Shown: positions 43,639 through 51,755 of the stretch, one piece after another | How positions within the stretch are numbered: position 1 is the stretch's first letter | How the letters are laid out: every line of letters begins with the position of its first letter | Assembly: GCA_001780985.1 (NCBI GenBank) | Contig: MFJV01000001.1 | Span: 103,466-155,293 of the forward strand | Source of the DNA: Candidatus Gottesmanbacteria bacterium RIFCSPLOWO2_01_FULL_43_11b | GTDB taxonomy: Bacteria > Patescibacteriota > Microgenomatia > UBA10105 > UBA927 | Length of the DNA: 51,828 nt | Direction: 5' to 3' | Program-made: the position numbers and the translations under genes | Notes under the pieces: model-generated | The model's database searches: none | Told to the model about the DNA's origin: nothing | What the model saw: only the letters and a program-made list of their open reading frames with translations

Positions 43639-44829
43639 TTAACTGTCTCTGCGGTATATTTCAGCAACACGGGCAGCAATTTTTTTAGGGACGCTTTTAT
43701 CTAAAGCAGAAGGCAAAATATTCTCACGCGTCGGCTTTTCTACACAGGAAGCAAGAGCAAATGCTGCACCTATTTTCATACTATTCGTAATTCTTTTTGC
43801 GTGAGCATCAATTGCGCCCCGAAATATTCCAGGAAAAGCTAATACGTTATTAACCTGATTAGGGAAATCAGATCTCCCCGTACCGACAATAAAAGCTCCT
43901 GCCTTAATCGCCTCGTCCGGCATGATTTCTGGTACCGGGTTTGCCATGGCAAAAATGATTGGCTTCTGGTTCATGGTTTGAATCATATCACCGGTCAATA
44001 GGTTTCCTTTACTTACGCCTATAAATACATCGGATCCGGCAATTGCATCACGGAGTGTTCCGTTCCTTCGCTTGTGATTACTTATCGAAGCGAGAAATAT
44101 TTTGTGTGGGTGATCAACAATATCGTCACGATCTAAAGAAAGTAATCCTTTTGAATCACAAACGAAAATATCTTTCACTGGTTGGCAGATACGTTTATCC
44201 TGACCAACACAGCGAAGAAGATTAACTATTGCAGTTCCCGCAGCTCCCGCACCATTTACTGTTACGATAAGATCCTGCAACTTTTTTCCTGCAAGACGAG
44301 CTGCGTTGATAAGAGCTGCTAAGAGAACAATCGCCGTTCCATGTTGGTCATCGTGCATCACAGGTATACCGATGTCTTGAAGTGCATCTTCTATTTCAAA
44401 ACAGCGGGGCGCAGATATATCTTCAAGGTTTATTCCTGCAAAAACTGGCGCAATATTTTTAACTACATTAATTATTTCGTACGCATTCTGTGTCGCGACG
44501 CAAATAGGAAATGCATCAATGTCAGCTTGCTCTTTAAAGAGTACTGCCTTCCCCTCCATCACTGGAATAGCGCCGTATGGACCAATGTTCCCAAGCCCCA
44601 ATACTGCAGACCCATCTGAAACGATTGCAACAGTATTACGCTTTATGGTTAAATCAAAAGCTCTGCGATGATCTGCTGCAATAAGTTTTGAAACTTCTGC
44701 AACACCAGGAGTGTATACAAGTGACAGGTCATGACTGTTTTTAATCTTCACCTTAGAATAAATCTCGAGTTTTCCCTTCAGCTTTTTGTGAAGAGCTACT
44801 GATTCTGTATAAATAGAATTTTGTTTCAT
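43639..44829 (-). CDS. NAD(P)-dependent malic enzyme (short, MaeB N-terminal type)
   Basis: 396 aa. DLSLVYTPGVAEVS, GLGNIGPYGAIPVMEGKAVLFK, INLEDI, VNGAGAAG. Confidence 0.9.
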   Translation of the reverse strand: MKQNSIYTESVALHKKLKGKLEIYSKVKIKNSHDLSLVYTPGVAEVSKLIAADHRRAFDLTIKRNTVAIVSDGSAVLGLGNIGPYGAIPVMEGKAVLFKEQADIDAFPICVATQNAYEIINVVKNIAPVFAGINLEDISAPRCFEIEDALQDIGIPVMHDDQHGTAIVLLAALINAARLAGKKLQDLIVTVNGAGAAGTAIVNLLRCVGQDKRICQPVKDIFVCDSKGLLSLDRDDIVDHPHKIFLASISNHKRRNGTLRDAIAGSDVFIGVSKGNLLTGDMIQTMNQKPIIFAMANPVPEIMPDEAIKAGAFIVGTGRSDFPNQVNNVLAFPGIFRGAIDAHAKRITNSMKIGAAFALASCVEKPTRENILPSALDKSVPKKIAARVAEIYRRDS

Positions 44830-44885
44830 AAATAGTAAGTATAGAAATAAAGCTGCTCAACAATCAATACCTAAAATTGAGTATA

Positions 44886-45386
44886 ATGGGCCTCGAACGA
44901 TGTATTCCCGATGACATGCGCTGCGTGCAGTCGTGTTTCCGCATGGTACTCAAGTATTTTTTGCCGGATCGAGAATTTACATGGGAAGAATTAGACGAGC
45001 TCTTACATGCCCAAATCGGTAAAGGCACGTGGTGGCATGGTGCACTATTGGGAATAGAAAAACTCGGCATTCAAACAAAACTTATCGAACCATAATTTCT
45101 CAAAACGTGCGATTTTGAGAATCGACCGGCAACTCAAAAAGACTTTGATACACTTCTTGAGGGCGGTTGGCTTGTGGGAACAGAAATTAACGCACGCGTG
45201 TTACGCCATAAAGATGGAGTAAGTCCTCATATGGTTCTTATTTTCGCCAAAGAAAACGGCAACTACCTTCTTCATGATCCTGGTTTGCAGCCGATGCCGA
45301 ATTTTTCCGCGTCCTGGCAACTTCTGACTCGTGCTCGTCGTTATGCCGGAAAAAACAGCATGAGTCTTGTGGGCTTCAAAAAATAA
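44886..45386 (+). pseudogene. C39-like / papain-like peptidase gene interrupted by one in-frame TAA (45093-45095)
   Basis: The two track ORFs (44877-45095 and 45174-45386) are in the same frame, and the frame is open across the gap apart from the single TAA. Cys region DDMRCVQSCFRMVLKYF. His/Asp region SPHMVLIF...LLHDPG. Confidence 0.5.
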
Positions 45387-45400
45387 CCCCCTGCTATGTT

Positions 45401-45607
45401 TTATGCAGTTTGAACGATAAATTGTGGTTTTTGCGGGTCAAAAGCTGCGATATTTTTGGTAGCATCTAAAATTTCGATTCCTAATACTTTTCCTCTCGCG
45501 TCTTCATCCACGAAAATCGCATCCGAGATTTTCCTTGTTCGGCGATAGACTCCTTTTGCCATTTCTATATACATGGCATCAACTTTGTCGTCGTATTTCA
45601 TTTTCAT
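45401..45607 (-). CDS. DUF2283-domain protein (putative antitoxin-like partner)
   Basis: MKMKYDDKVDAMYIEMAKG...VDEDARGKVLGIEILDA. Confidence 0.75.
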   Translation of the reverse strand: MKMKYDDKVDAMYIEMAKGVYRRTRKISDAIFVDEDARGKVLGIEILDATKNIAAFDPQKPQFIVQTA

Positions 45608-45617
45608 GGTTACTCCT

Positions 45618-45833
45618 CTATAAATAATATCCAGTAATAATCATTATTCGCGACCCTTCAGTCTTGGTTATTACCTCTAGTAGTTTACTCCCAATTCTCC
45701 TTCTGCGCAACTTCCGTCCTCTAAAACTATCGATAATTTCTTGAGGTTCACTCACTGTCTTCGAAGCTAATTTTTGAGAAATTTTTCTCCTTTTTAACTG
45801 TCTTTTTGCGTGATCAGAAAATGCAATTGGCAA
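45618..45833 (-). CDS. DUF4258-like small protein (putative toxin-like partner)
   Basis: 71 aa, FSDHAKRQLKRRKIS N-terminus, TTG start. Lies directly upstream of the DUF2283 gene. Confidence 0.6.
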   Translation of the reverse strand: MPIAFSDHAKRQLKRRKISQKLASKTVSEPQEIIDSFRGRKLRRRRIGSKLLEVITKTEGSRIMIITGYYL

Positions 45834-45836
45834 GGT

Positions 45837-46109
45837 TTAGTGTTTGTGGCTGGAGAGGTGTTTGTTGGAGATCTTGATTTCTCCGTGGACATGGGTGACG
45901 GCTAAAACGATCGCCAGAGAGAGATATACGGTCCAAATCGGAATGTCGTAAAAATCAGTACACGGAGAATTGGTCAGAGGTGCGAGGAATCCACATATGG
46001 TTTTGTACACAAAGCTATCGAAGTTGACGATATCAAGTGCGGCGGTCAGAATAAAAAGCGCAAAGAGAAAAACGTAGAGTGAATTGTGCGCAAACCAGCT
46101 TCTTTTCAT
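45837..46109 (-). CDS. Hypothetical small membrane protein
   Basis: 90 aa, two TM segments. Confidence 0.45.
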   Translation of the reverse strand: MKRSWFAHNSLYVFLFALFILTAALDIVNFDSFVYKTICGFLAPLTNSPCTDFYDIPIWTVYLSLAIVLAVTHVHGEIKISNKHLSSHKH

Positions 46110-46153
46110 TACACTTCTATCATAGGCACATTGTCATAGACAATACAAGTCCC

Positions 46154-47140
46154 CTAGTTTTCAAGTTGTTTTGTTTGAGTTTTTGCGAGCTTTTGCCCCA
46201 ATAGCCCAAAAACTGATGTCACGGTACTCATAGAGTTATAAGCATTATTTACGTGTCTGCCTAAAACTCCCAAACTTTCTTCCACTTTTCCGTAATCTTT
46301 TTGTATTGCACGAAGAAGTTGAAAAACTTCCCTGGATTTCTGCTCCAATTCTTTTCCTTGGAAACTTAAAAGAAGTACCTGCAGATGTGCATAGAGTGTG
46401 TTGGGAGAAACCGGATAGACGCGTAAATTTCTTGCAAAATCCATAAGGCTCGTCATGTTTGCCATCTCGTAGTACACAGATTCCGACGGTATATACATGA
46501 GCGCAAAATCCATGGTTCCCTCTTCGGGTAAAATATATTTTTTACTTATATCGCTGAGGTGTTTTTTAACATCAGCAACAAAATCTTTCTTTGCCTGGTT
46601 TCTGATACTTTCCGTTTCACCTTTGTGCATGAGGGTAAAATTCTCCATCGGAAACTTTGAATCGATACAAAGGAGGCCGGCGTCGGTTTTGAGAACCGCG
46701 TCTACTTTGACTCCGGAGCGGAATTGATACTGGAGGTGAAATGAGTTTTTAGGGAAATTCTGACCTATCATATCCTTCAAAACCGCCTCACCAATGTTCC
46801 CGCGCAGTTTTGGTGATTGGAGAAATTCCTGCAAGCTCCGGATTCCCTTCCCTACCTCGCTCATTTCACCAAGATTTTTTTTAAGGTCACCGATAACTTT
46901 TGCCGCTGTATCAAGCCGTTCATTGAGTTGTTTTGTATTTGTCTGAAGGAGTTTCGCCACATCCGATGTGGAACCCCGCATGGCGTCATTGAGTGTTTTA
47001 TTCGTATGCTCAATCGAGCTTTGCATCGACTTGAGCCACTCGGTCAGAGTTGCATCATCCTTCTTTCGTGTAAGGATCCACGCCAGCACTCCGAATCCGA
47101 GGGTTATTACAACGATAAGAATCACAAAATCACCTTGCAT
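46154..47140 (-). CDS. rmuC: DNA recombination protein RmuC
   Basis: N-terminal TM and coiled coil. CIDSKFPMENF, DFALMYIPSESVYYE. Confidence 0.88.
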   Translation of the reverse strand: MQGDFVILIVVITLGFGVLAWILTRKKDDATLTEWLKSMQSSIEHTNKTLNDAMRGSTSDVAKLLQTNTKQLNERLDTAAKVIGDLKKNLGEMSEVGKGIRSLQEFLQSPKLRGNIGEAVLKDMIGQNFPKNSFHLQYQFRSGVKVDAVLKTDAGLLCIDSKFPMENFTLMHKGETESIRNQAKKDFVADVKKHLSDISKKYILPEEGTMDFALMYIPSESVYYEMANMTSLMDFARNLRVYPVSPNTLYAHLQVLLLSFQGKELEQKSREVFQLLRAIQKDYGKVEESLGVLGRHVNNAYNSMSTVTSVFGLLGQKLAKTQTKQLEN

Positions 47141-47169
47141 AGAAATTTATTCTAACATACAATTACTAT

Positions 47170-47556
47170 GTGAAGCCAAAGCAGTTTAATAGTTACCCGT
47201 ATATTGCCGGAAGTCTCGCGCTTATCATCGTTGCCGTTGTTTTCAGCGGCTTTCTCAACCGTCAACAGGCATCTCAGTCGTCAGCGGATATTCGGGCGCG
47301 GGCAAGTGCTCCCGGCATGGTAAAAGTAACAGGGGTTGTCAGCGAAGTGAATGAGGTTGAGGGGATAATTATTGTCGACGATGTGCGGTTTGAAGATTCA
47401 ACAAAAAGCCTCGGTACTTGGTCAGTCACTCCACCATCCGGTTTTTCATTGACATCTGCATTTTCAGGAGCAAAACTTATAATCACAGTAAATCCCCCAA
47501 CCATGCTCGCGGAGTCAAAAACCCTTTCAGCATTGGAGATTAAAGTTTCGAGGTAA
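47170..47556 (+). CDS. Hypothetical membrane-anchored protein
   Basis: 128 aa. GTG start 6 nt after TACAAT (47158-47163). One TM. Confidence 0.45.
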   Translation: MKPKQFNSYPYIAGSLALIIVAVVFSGFLNRQQASQSSADIRARASAPGMVKVTGVVSEVNEVEGIIIVDDVRFEDSTKSLGTWSVTPPSGFSLTSAFSGAKLIITVNPPTMLAESKTLSALEIKVSR

Positions 47557-48931
47557 GAGGTCCTTCTTCAGTATCTTCTACCCTATATCCTTTTCCCTCA
47601 ATAATCTTTCGCATATCATCCGCTTCATTAAATTTATTTTCTTTTCTTAAATCTTCACGTTTTTGCACAAGTTTCATAATCTCATCAGGAATTTTTTTGA
47701 CTTGAGTCTTTCTTGAAAGATCTAATCCTAATACTTCATCAAAATCTAAAAGTAAATCATGTTTATCCTGTGAGGGAATGTTACTTTTAGCAACCTCCCA
47801 TACAACTGCAAGTGCTTGCGGCATGTTGAGATCATTTGCAAGCGCTTCGTCAAATTTTTTTTGATATGCATCAACTTTTTCAAGTTTTTCCTGACTTAAC
47901 GCTGCCCTTCCGTCAACGTGTCCGCGCAATTCTCCCAGCGCTTTTTGTGCAGCACCGAGTGCTTCCCAGGTAAAGTTTTGAGAGCTACGGTAATGAGCGG
48001 TGAAATAAAAATAACGCAAAGCCAACGGATCAAAACCTTTTTTCTCGACATCTTCAATCGTATGAAAATTTCCCAAACTCTTGCTCATCTTTTTCCCGTC
48101 GACAGTGAGAAACGCATGGTGTACCCAGTACTTTACAAACGGTTTTCCTGTTGCTCCCTCGCTTTGAGCAATTTCATTGGGATGATGAACTGGGATGTGA
48201 TCGATGCCGCCTGTGTGAATGTCAAACGTATCGCCAAGATACTTCATACTCATGGCTGAACACTCAATGTGCCAGCCCGGAAATCCGTCACCCCAGGGGC
48301 TTTCCCAATGCATTGTGTGGTCGGCAAATCGACCGGTGCGTTTGAACCACAAGGCAAAATCAGCCGGATTCTTTTTAAATTCTCCGGTTTTAACTTCTTC
48401 CCGCGCCGCGGTTTTCTTTTCTTCAAGTTTTTGTCCGAAAAGTTTTCCGTAGTTTGGGAATTTTGAAATATCAAAATATACTGCTTCAGGTGTGTCGTAG
48501 GCAAATCCTTTTTTAACTAATTTTGAAACGAGTGCAACCTGCTCTTTTATATTGTCTGTCGCTTTGCAGATGATATCCGGGCGAAGAACATCAAGTTTGT
48601 CCATCGAATCATAGAAGTGTTTTGTGAAAAATTCCGCTACTTCCCAGACTGTTTTACCTGTTTTGGCTGCACCTTTCTCGAGTTTATCTTCTCCCTCATC
48701 AGCATCAGAAACAAGATGGCCTACATCCGTTACATTTTGTACGTGCTTTACTTTGTATCCGAATCGCGTCAATACTCTCCGTAAAATATCATCACCGACG
48801 TACTTTCTCCCGTGCCCGATATGCGCATAGTCATAGACCGTCATGCCACAGGTGTAGAGACCGACGTTCGGTGGATTAATCGGCACAAATTCTTCAACTT
48901 TTTTCGAAAGACTGTTATACAGCTTCAACAT
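47540..48931 (-). CDS. cysS: Cysteine--tRNA ligase
   Basis: MLKLYNSLSKK, HIGHGR, GWHIECS, KMSKS. ATG 48931 lies 6 nt downstream of TGCGATAAT. The track start 48985 is upstream of the promoter. Confidence 0.93.
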   Translation of the reverse strand: MLKLYNSLSKKVEEFVPINPPNVGLYTCGMTVYDYAHIGHGRKYVGDDILRRVLTRFGYKVKHVQNVTDVGHLVSDADEGEDKLEKGAAKTGKTVWEVAEFFTKHFYDSMDKLDVLRPDIICKATDNIKEQVALVSKLVKKGFAYDTPEAVYFDISKFPNYGKLFGQKLEEKKTAAREEVKTGEFKKNPADFALWFKRTGRFADHTMHWESPWGDGFPGWHIECSAMSMKYLGDTFDIHTGGIDHIPVHHPNEIAQSEGATGKPFVKYWVHHAFLTVDGKKMSKSLGNFHTIEDVEKKGFDPLALRYFYFTAHYRSSQNFTWEALGAAQKALGELRGHVDGRAALSQEKLEKVDAYQKKFDEALANDLNMPQALAVVWEVAKSNIPSQDKHDLLLDFDEVLGLDLSRKTQVKKIPDEIMKLVQKREDLRKENKFNEADDMRKIIEGKGYRVEDTEEGPLTSKL

Positions 48932-48937
48932 AGTTTT

Positions 48938-48946
48938 ATTATCGCA
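48938..48946 (-). promoter_or_regulatory. Extended -10 box TGCGATAAT, 6 nt upstream of cysS ATG
   Basis: Reverse complement: tgcgataat aaaact ATG. Confidence 0.5.
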
Positions 48947-48991
48947 TACGGGAGACGGTGGGGCTAGCTCCCACCGAACTCCCAACTTACT

Positions 48992-49246
48992 TTACGGTCC
49001 TAGGGTTGGACGAAAGTAAATTTCTAACTCTAGATACGGACTAGACGTATGATGCTCCAAATTCTGCTGTGACTCCCGCCATGCTCCTAACCGCAATCCG
49101 ACTTCTTGGGACAATTTTCTTCTGTCCTCATCGCTAATTCCTTTTAACAAGGCATCAAATCTCCCATGTAAATTCTCCCCCGGCTTCAAGTTTCTGTTTA
49201 CGGTAAGCAAAGCAGAAATAAGCACCTCCTGACGATATTTTTCCAT
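48992..49246 (-). CDS. Hypothetical protein
   Basis: 84 aa. Strong SD GGAGGTG 5 nt upstream. Confidence 0.5.
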   Translation of the reverse strand: MEKYRQEVLISALLTVNRNLKPGENLHGRFDALLKGISDEDRRKLSQEVGLRLGAWRESQQNLEHHTSSPYLELEIYFRPTLGP

Positions 49247-49274
49247 AGTTTCACCTCCTTTCCTTTATTCCACT

Positions 49275-49297
49275 AAAAAACCCCGCTTGGCGGGGTT
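49275..49297 (-). terminator. Rho-independent terminator (minus strand)
   Basis: Minus strand reads aaCCCCGCcaaGCGGGGtttttt. Confidence 0.75.
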
Positions 49298-49438
49298 GTA
49301 TCGTACACCTAAAAATTACTTACGTTACGTGCACAACACGACCCCCCAAGAAGGGATTGCATGCTGCGCAACAAGAAAAGGAAGTGAATACCATACTGTA
49401 AATTCCTATTATAAACCATCACAACAACAAAAACAATA

Positions 49439-49915
49439 TTACTCCTCTTCTTTCGATCCTCTCCTTCGGATTCCAAGAAAAGCCTTAATCTCCTCTGGTA
49501 TCCTCTGTTTTTGGTCTCTGAGTAGTTTTGCCATTTGAAGAGCAATAAACCTGTCTCGCTCCTCTTCATAATCAAAAGACTTATGCAAATTTGGTGATTC
49601 CTCTTCAGCCGTCATATACATGTCTATCCATAGAGCCTTCTCCGGATTTTGTCTGTTCCACTGCTCTTGCCACAAAGACGATAATCCAAAAGCAAGATTG
49701 CTCTCATGTGGTAAAAATTGTTCTCCTTTTGGAATGCCAAATGTAATCCTTCCAGGATCTCGCCTCATTGCATCAAGGATGCGATTTGCTTCGTTAACAA
49801 GATCAGCAGGTAAGTTATCTTGCGGAATTCGACTAAGTCCCTCTGAAAATGAATGTGATGCTTTTATAAAAGATGATTGACTCATATTTTTATTATGTAT
49901 GTCTTGAAGTGTCAC
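49439..49915 (-). CDS. Hypothetical protein
   Basis: 158 aa (GTG start; alternative ATG 49885). Acidic, no recognisable domain. Confidence 0.45.
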   Translation of the reverse strand: MTLQDIHNKNMSQSSFIKASHSFSEGLSRIPQDNLPADLVNEANRILDAMRRDPGRITFGIPKGEQFLPHESNLAFGLSSLWQEQWNRQNPEKALWIDMYMTAEEESPNLHKSFDYEEERDRFIALQMAKLLRDQKQRIPEEIKAFLGIRRRGSKEEE

Positions 49916-50303
49916 TCATTTTACGAATAAAATTCCGTTGCTCTTGCAACTCTTCTTCTGCTCGAATCAACTCTAATATTCTTTTTTCAACCGGTCCCAT
50001 TCTTTCATTCTCTACAGTTTCTGACTGTCTTTCTTCTACAACGCTCTTTTTTTCTTCTTGCAAACCAGTATCGCCTAAAAGATCGGAGCTGTTAATTTTT
50101 AGCTGAGCACTTACCTCAGCATCAAGACGATCAGGACTCTCCTCATAAAAGTGTAGAAGTCTACCCGCTGCAGCTCTAATCCCACTCGTATCACCAGTAT
50201 CTAATTTACTTCGAATTCTTGCTAGAAATGCTGCTCGCCCCCGCTCTAAATCCTGTGGGGAAATATCTGGCTGTAATCCTCCTTTTACAAAACTCTCTGT
50301 CAT
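49893..50303 (-). CDS. Hypothetical protein
   Basis: 136 aa, helical and charged, no recognisable domain. Confidence 0.45.
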   Translation of the reverse strand: MTESFVKGGLQPDISPQDLERGRAAFLARIRSKLDTGDTSGIRAAAGRLLHFYEESPDRLDAEVSAQLKINSSDLLGDTGLQEEKKSVVEERQSETVENERMGPVEKRILELIRAEEELQEQRNFIRKMSDTSRHT

Positions 50304-50336
50304 AATGGGCTATTCTATCATTTTTGCAAAAATAAC

Positions 50337-51755
50337 TCATTGTGGGAAAGCCACATAGTCAAATTGCTGATCTACCCTCACCAGTTTTTCTTTCGATATT
50401 CGTTTATACATCTCCTTGTGCACAAAGAGGCATGTTGGTCTTTCCTGCCAATAAAAACGAAGATAATCGTTGAGTATATTATCAGGTAATATCGATTCAA
50501 TCTTATCGTCGGAGCATTTACCGTAGTAAAAATCAGGAGGATTTTCGCGAAACATATCCACGCGGGCATTTTTGTACACATTAAATTCATGCATGATTGA
50601 TGTATACCAACTATATTTGTATGGAGAATATCGTTTTGCTTGCCAATAAATGAGGTCATCTAATCCATCAAGAAATAATGTGTCAGAAGGATCGGACAAT
50701 TGCCGTACAACTTCTCCGGCAACGTAATACTGCCCGTAGTTTTGGGTAAATTCTGCATTTCGATCAACGCGATCGTAGAGGTATGAGCGCGGATGAAATA
50801 TAGCAAATACCGTAAGTAATATAAAGCCCAACCACAGGAATTTCTTTACATTAAGTAAAACAATAAAAATAAGAACACCGTAGCCAACAAGGTGTTGGAA
50901 TGCTTCGTAATAGACGGTACCTGGAGGAACGGGTCTGATATTGGCAAGTCCTAAAATGATGAAAGGGAGAACCCAATGTTTCTTTGATATTCCGAGCCAA
51001 AAAAGAATCACAAGTCCAACTTCAATATAGCGGAAGAGATTCCAAGTTCCGCCAAAAAATATAAGAATCGGGTATGTAAACGACTGAATAATATTTGCTG
51101 ATGAAGCAAGTATTCCATTTACCGTGACAACATTAAAAAAATAGTCACTTGGTAAGTGGAAAAAAATTGTGAAAATAGATAAAGACAAAAAAATGACTAA
51201 GGAAACCCGTTTATAGAGAAGTATAAACAATAATAATGCGAGTGGAATGTATGGCTCGCGTGAAAAAACAATAAACCATGTGACAATTGGGATAATAAAA
51301 TATTCATATGTATAAATTTTTTTGAATTTAAGTCCGATCAAATATACCAGAGGATATACGATGAGTGCCTCTGCCAAGAATCGTTCACCAAAAACATATC
51401 CTTTTGTCACCTCGTAGAGAAATGCAAATCCCAATCCTATCCACCCGAATCGAAGCGTGAGAAATATATTCCAAGCAATTGCCCAGACAATAACAAAGAG
51501 TCGATGTTGTAAAACTAGCGTATAGATCGTCTGCGGATTTCCAAATCGCTGAATAAAAGCTGATATATACGCCATGATTGGCTGATGATTGTAGAAAATT
51601 TCGGAGTAGAGATGTTTTCCTGAATTGAGAAAATATCCTCCCATGTAGTTAAAGCAGTCATCGAAACAACCAAAAGCAGGAATTCGATCACGGTAGATGG
51701 GAAAAAGAAAGAACCAGAGACCAAAAAGAAGAACGAGGAAGAAAATCTTTTTCAT
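50337..51755 (-). CDS. Large polytopic membrane protein, possibly GT-C-type (ArnT/PMT-like) glycosyltransferase
   Basis: 472 aa, about 11 TM followed by a soluble C-terminal domain. The function is only an architectural guess. Confidence 0.4.
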   Translation of the reverse strand: MKKIFFLVLLFGLWFFLFPIYRDRIPAFGCFDDCFNYMGGYFLNSGKHLYSEIFYNHQPIMAYISAFIQRFGNPQTIYTLVLQHRLFVIVWAIAWNIFLTLRFGWIGLGFAFLYEVTKGYVFGERFLAEALIVYPLVYLIGLKFKKIYTYEYFIIPIVTWFIVFSREPYIPLALLLFILLYKRVSLVIFLSLSIFTIFFHLPSDYFFNVVTVNGILASSANIIQSFTYPILIFFGGTWNLFRYIEVGLVILFWLGISKKHWVLPFIILGLANIRPVPPGTVYYEAFQHLVGYGVLIFIVLLNVKKFLWLGFILLTVFAIFHPRSYLYDRVDRNAEFTQNYGQYYVAGEVVRQLSDPSDTLFLDGLDDLIYWQAKRYSPYKYSWYTSIMHEFNVYKNARVDMFRENPPDFYYGKCSDDKIESILPDNILNDYLRFYWQERPTCLFVHKEMYKRISKEKLVRVDQQFDYVAFPQ

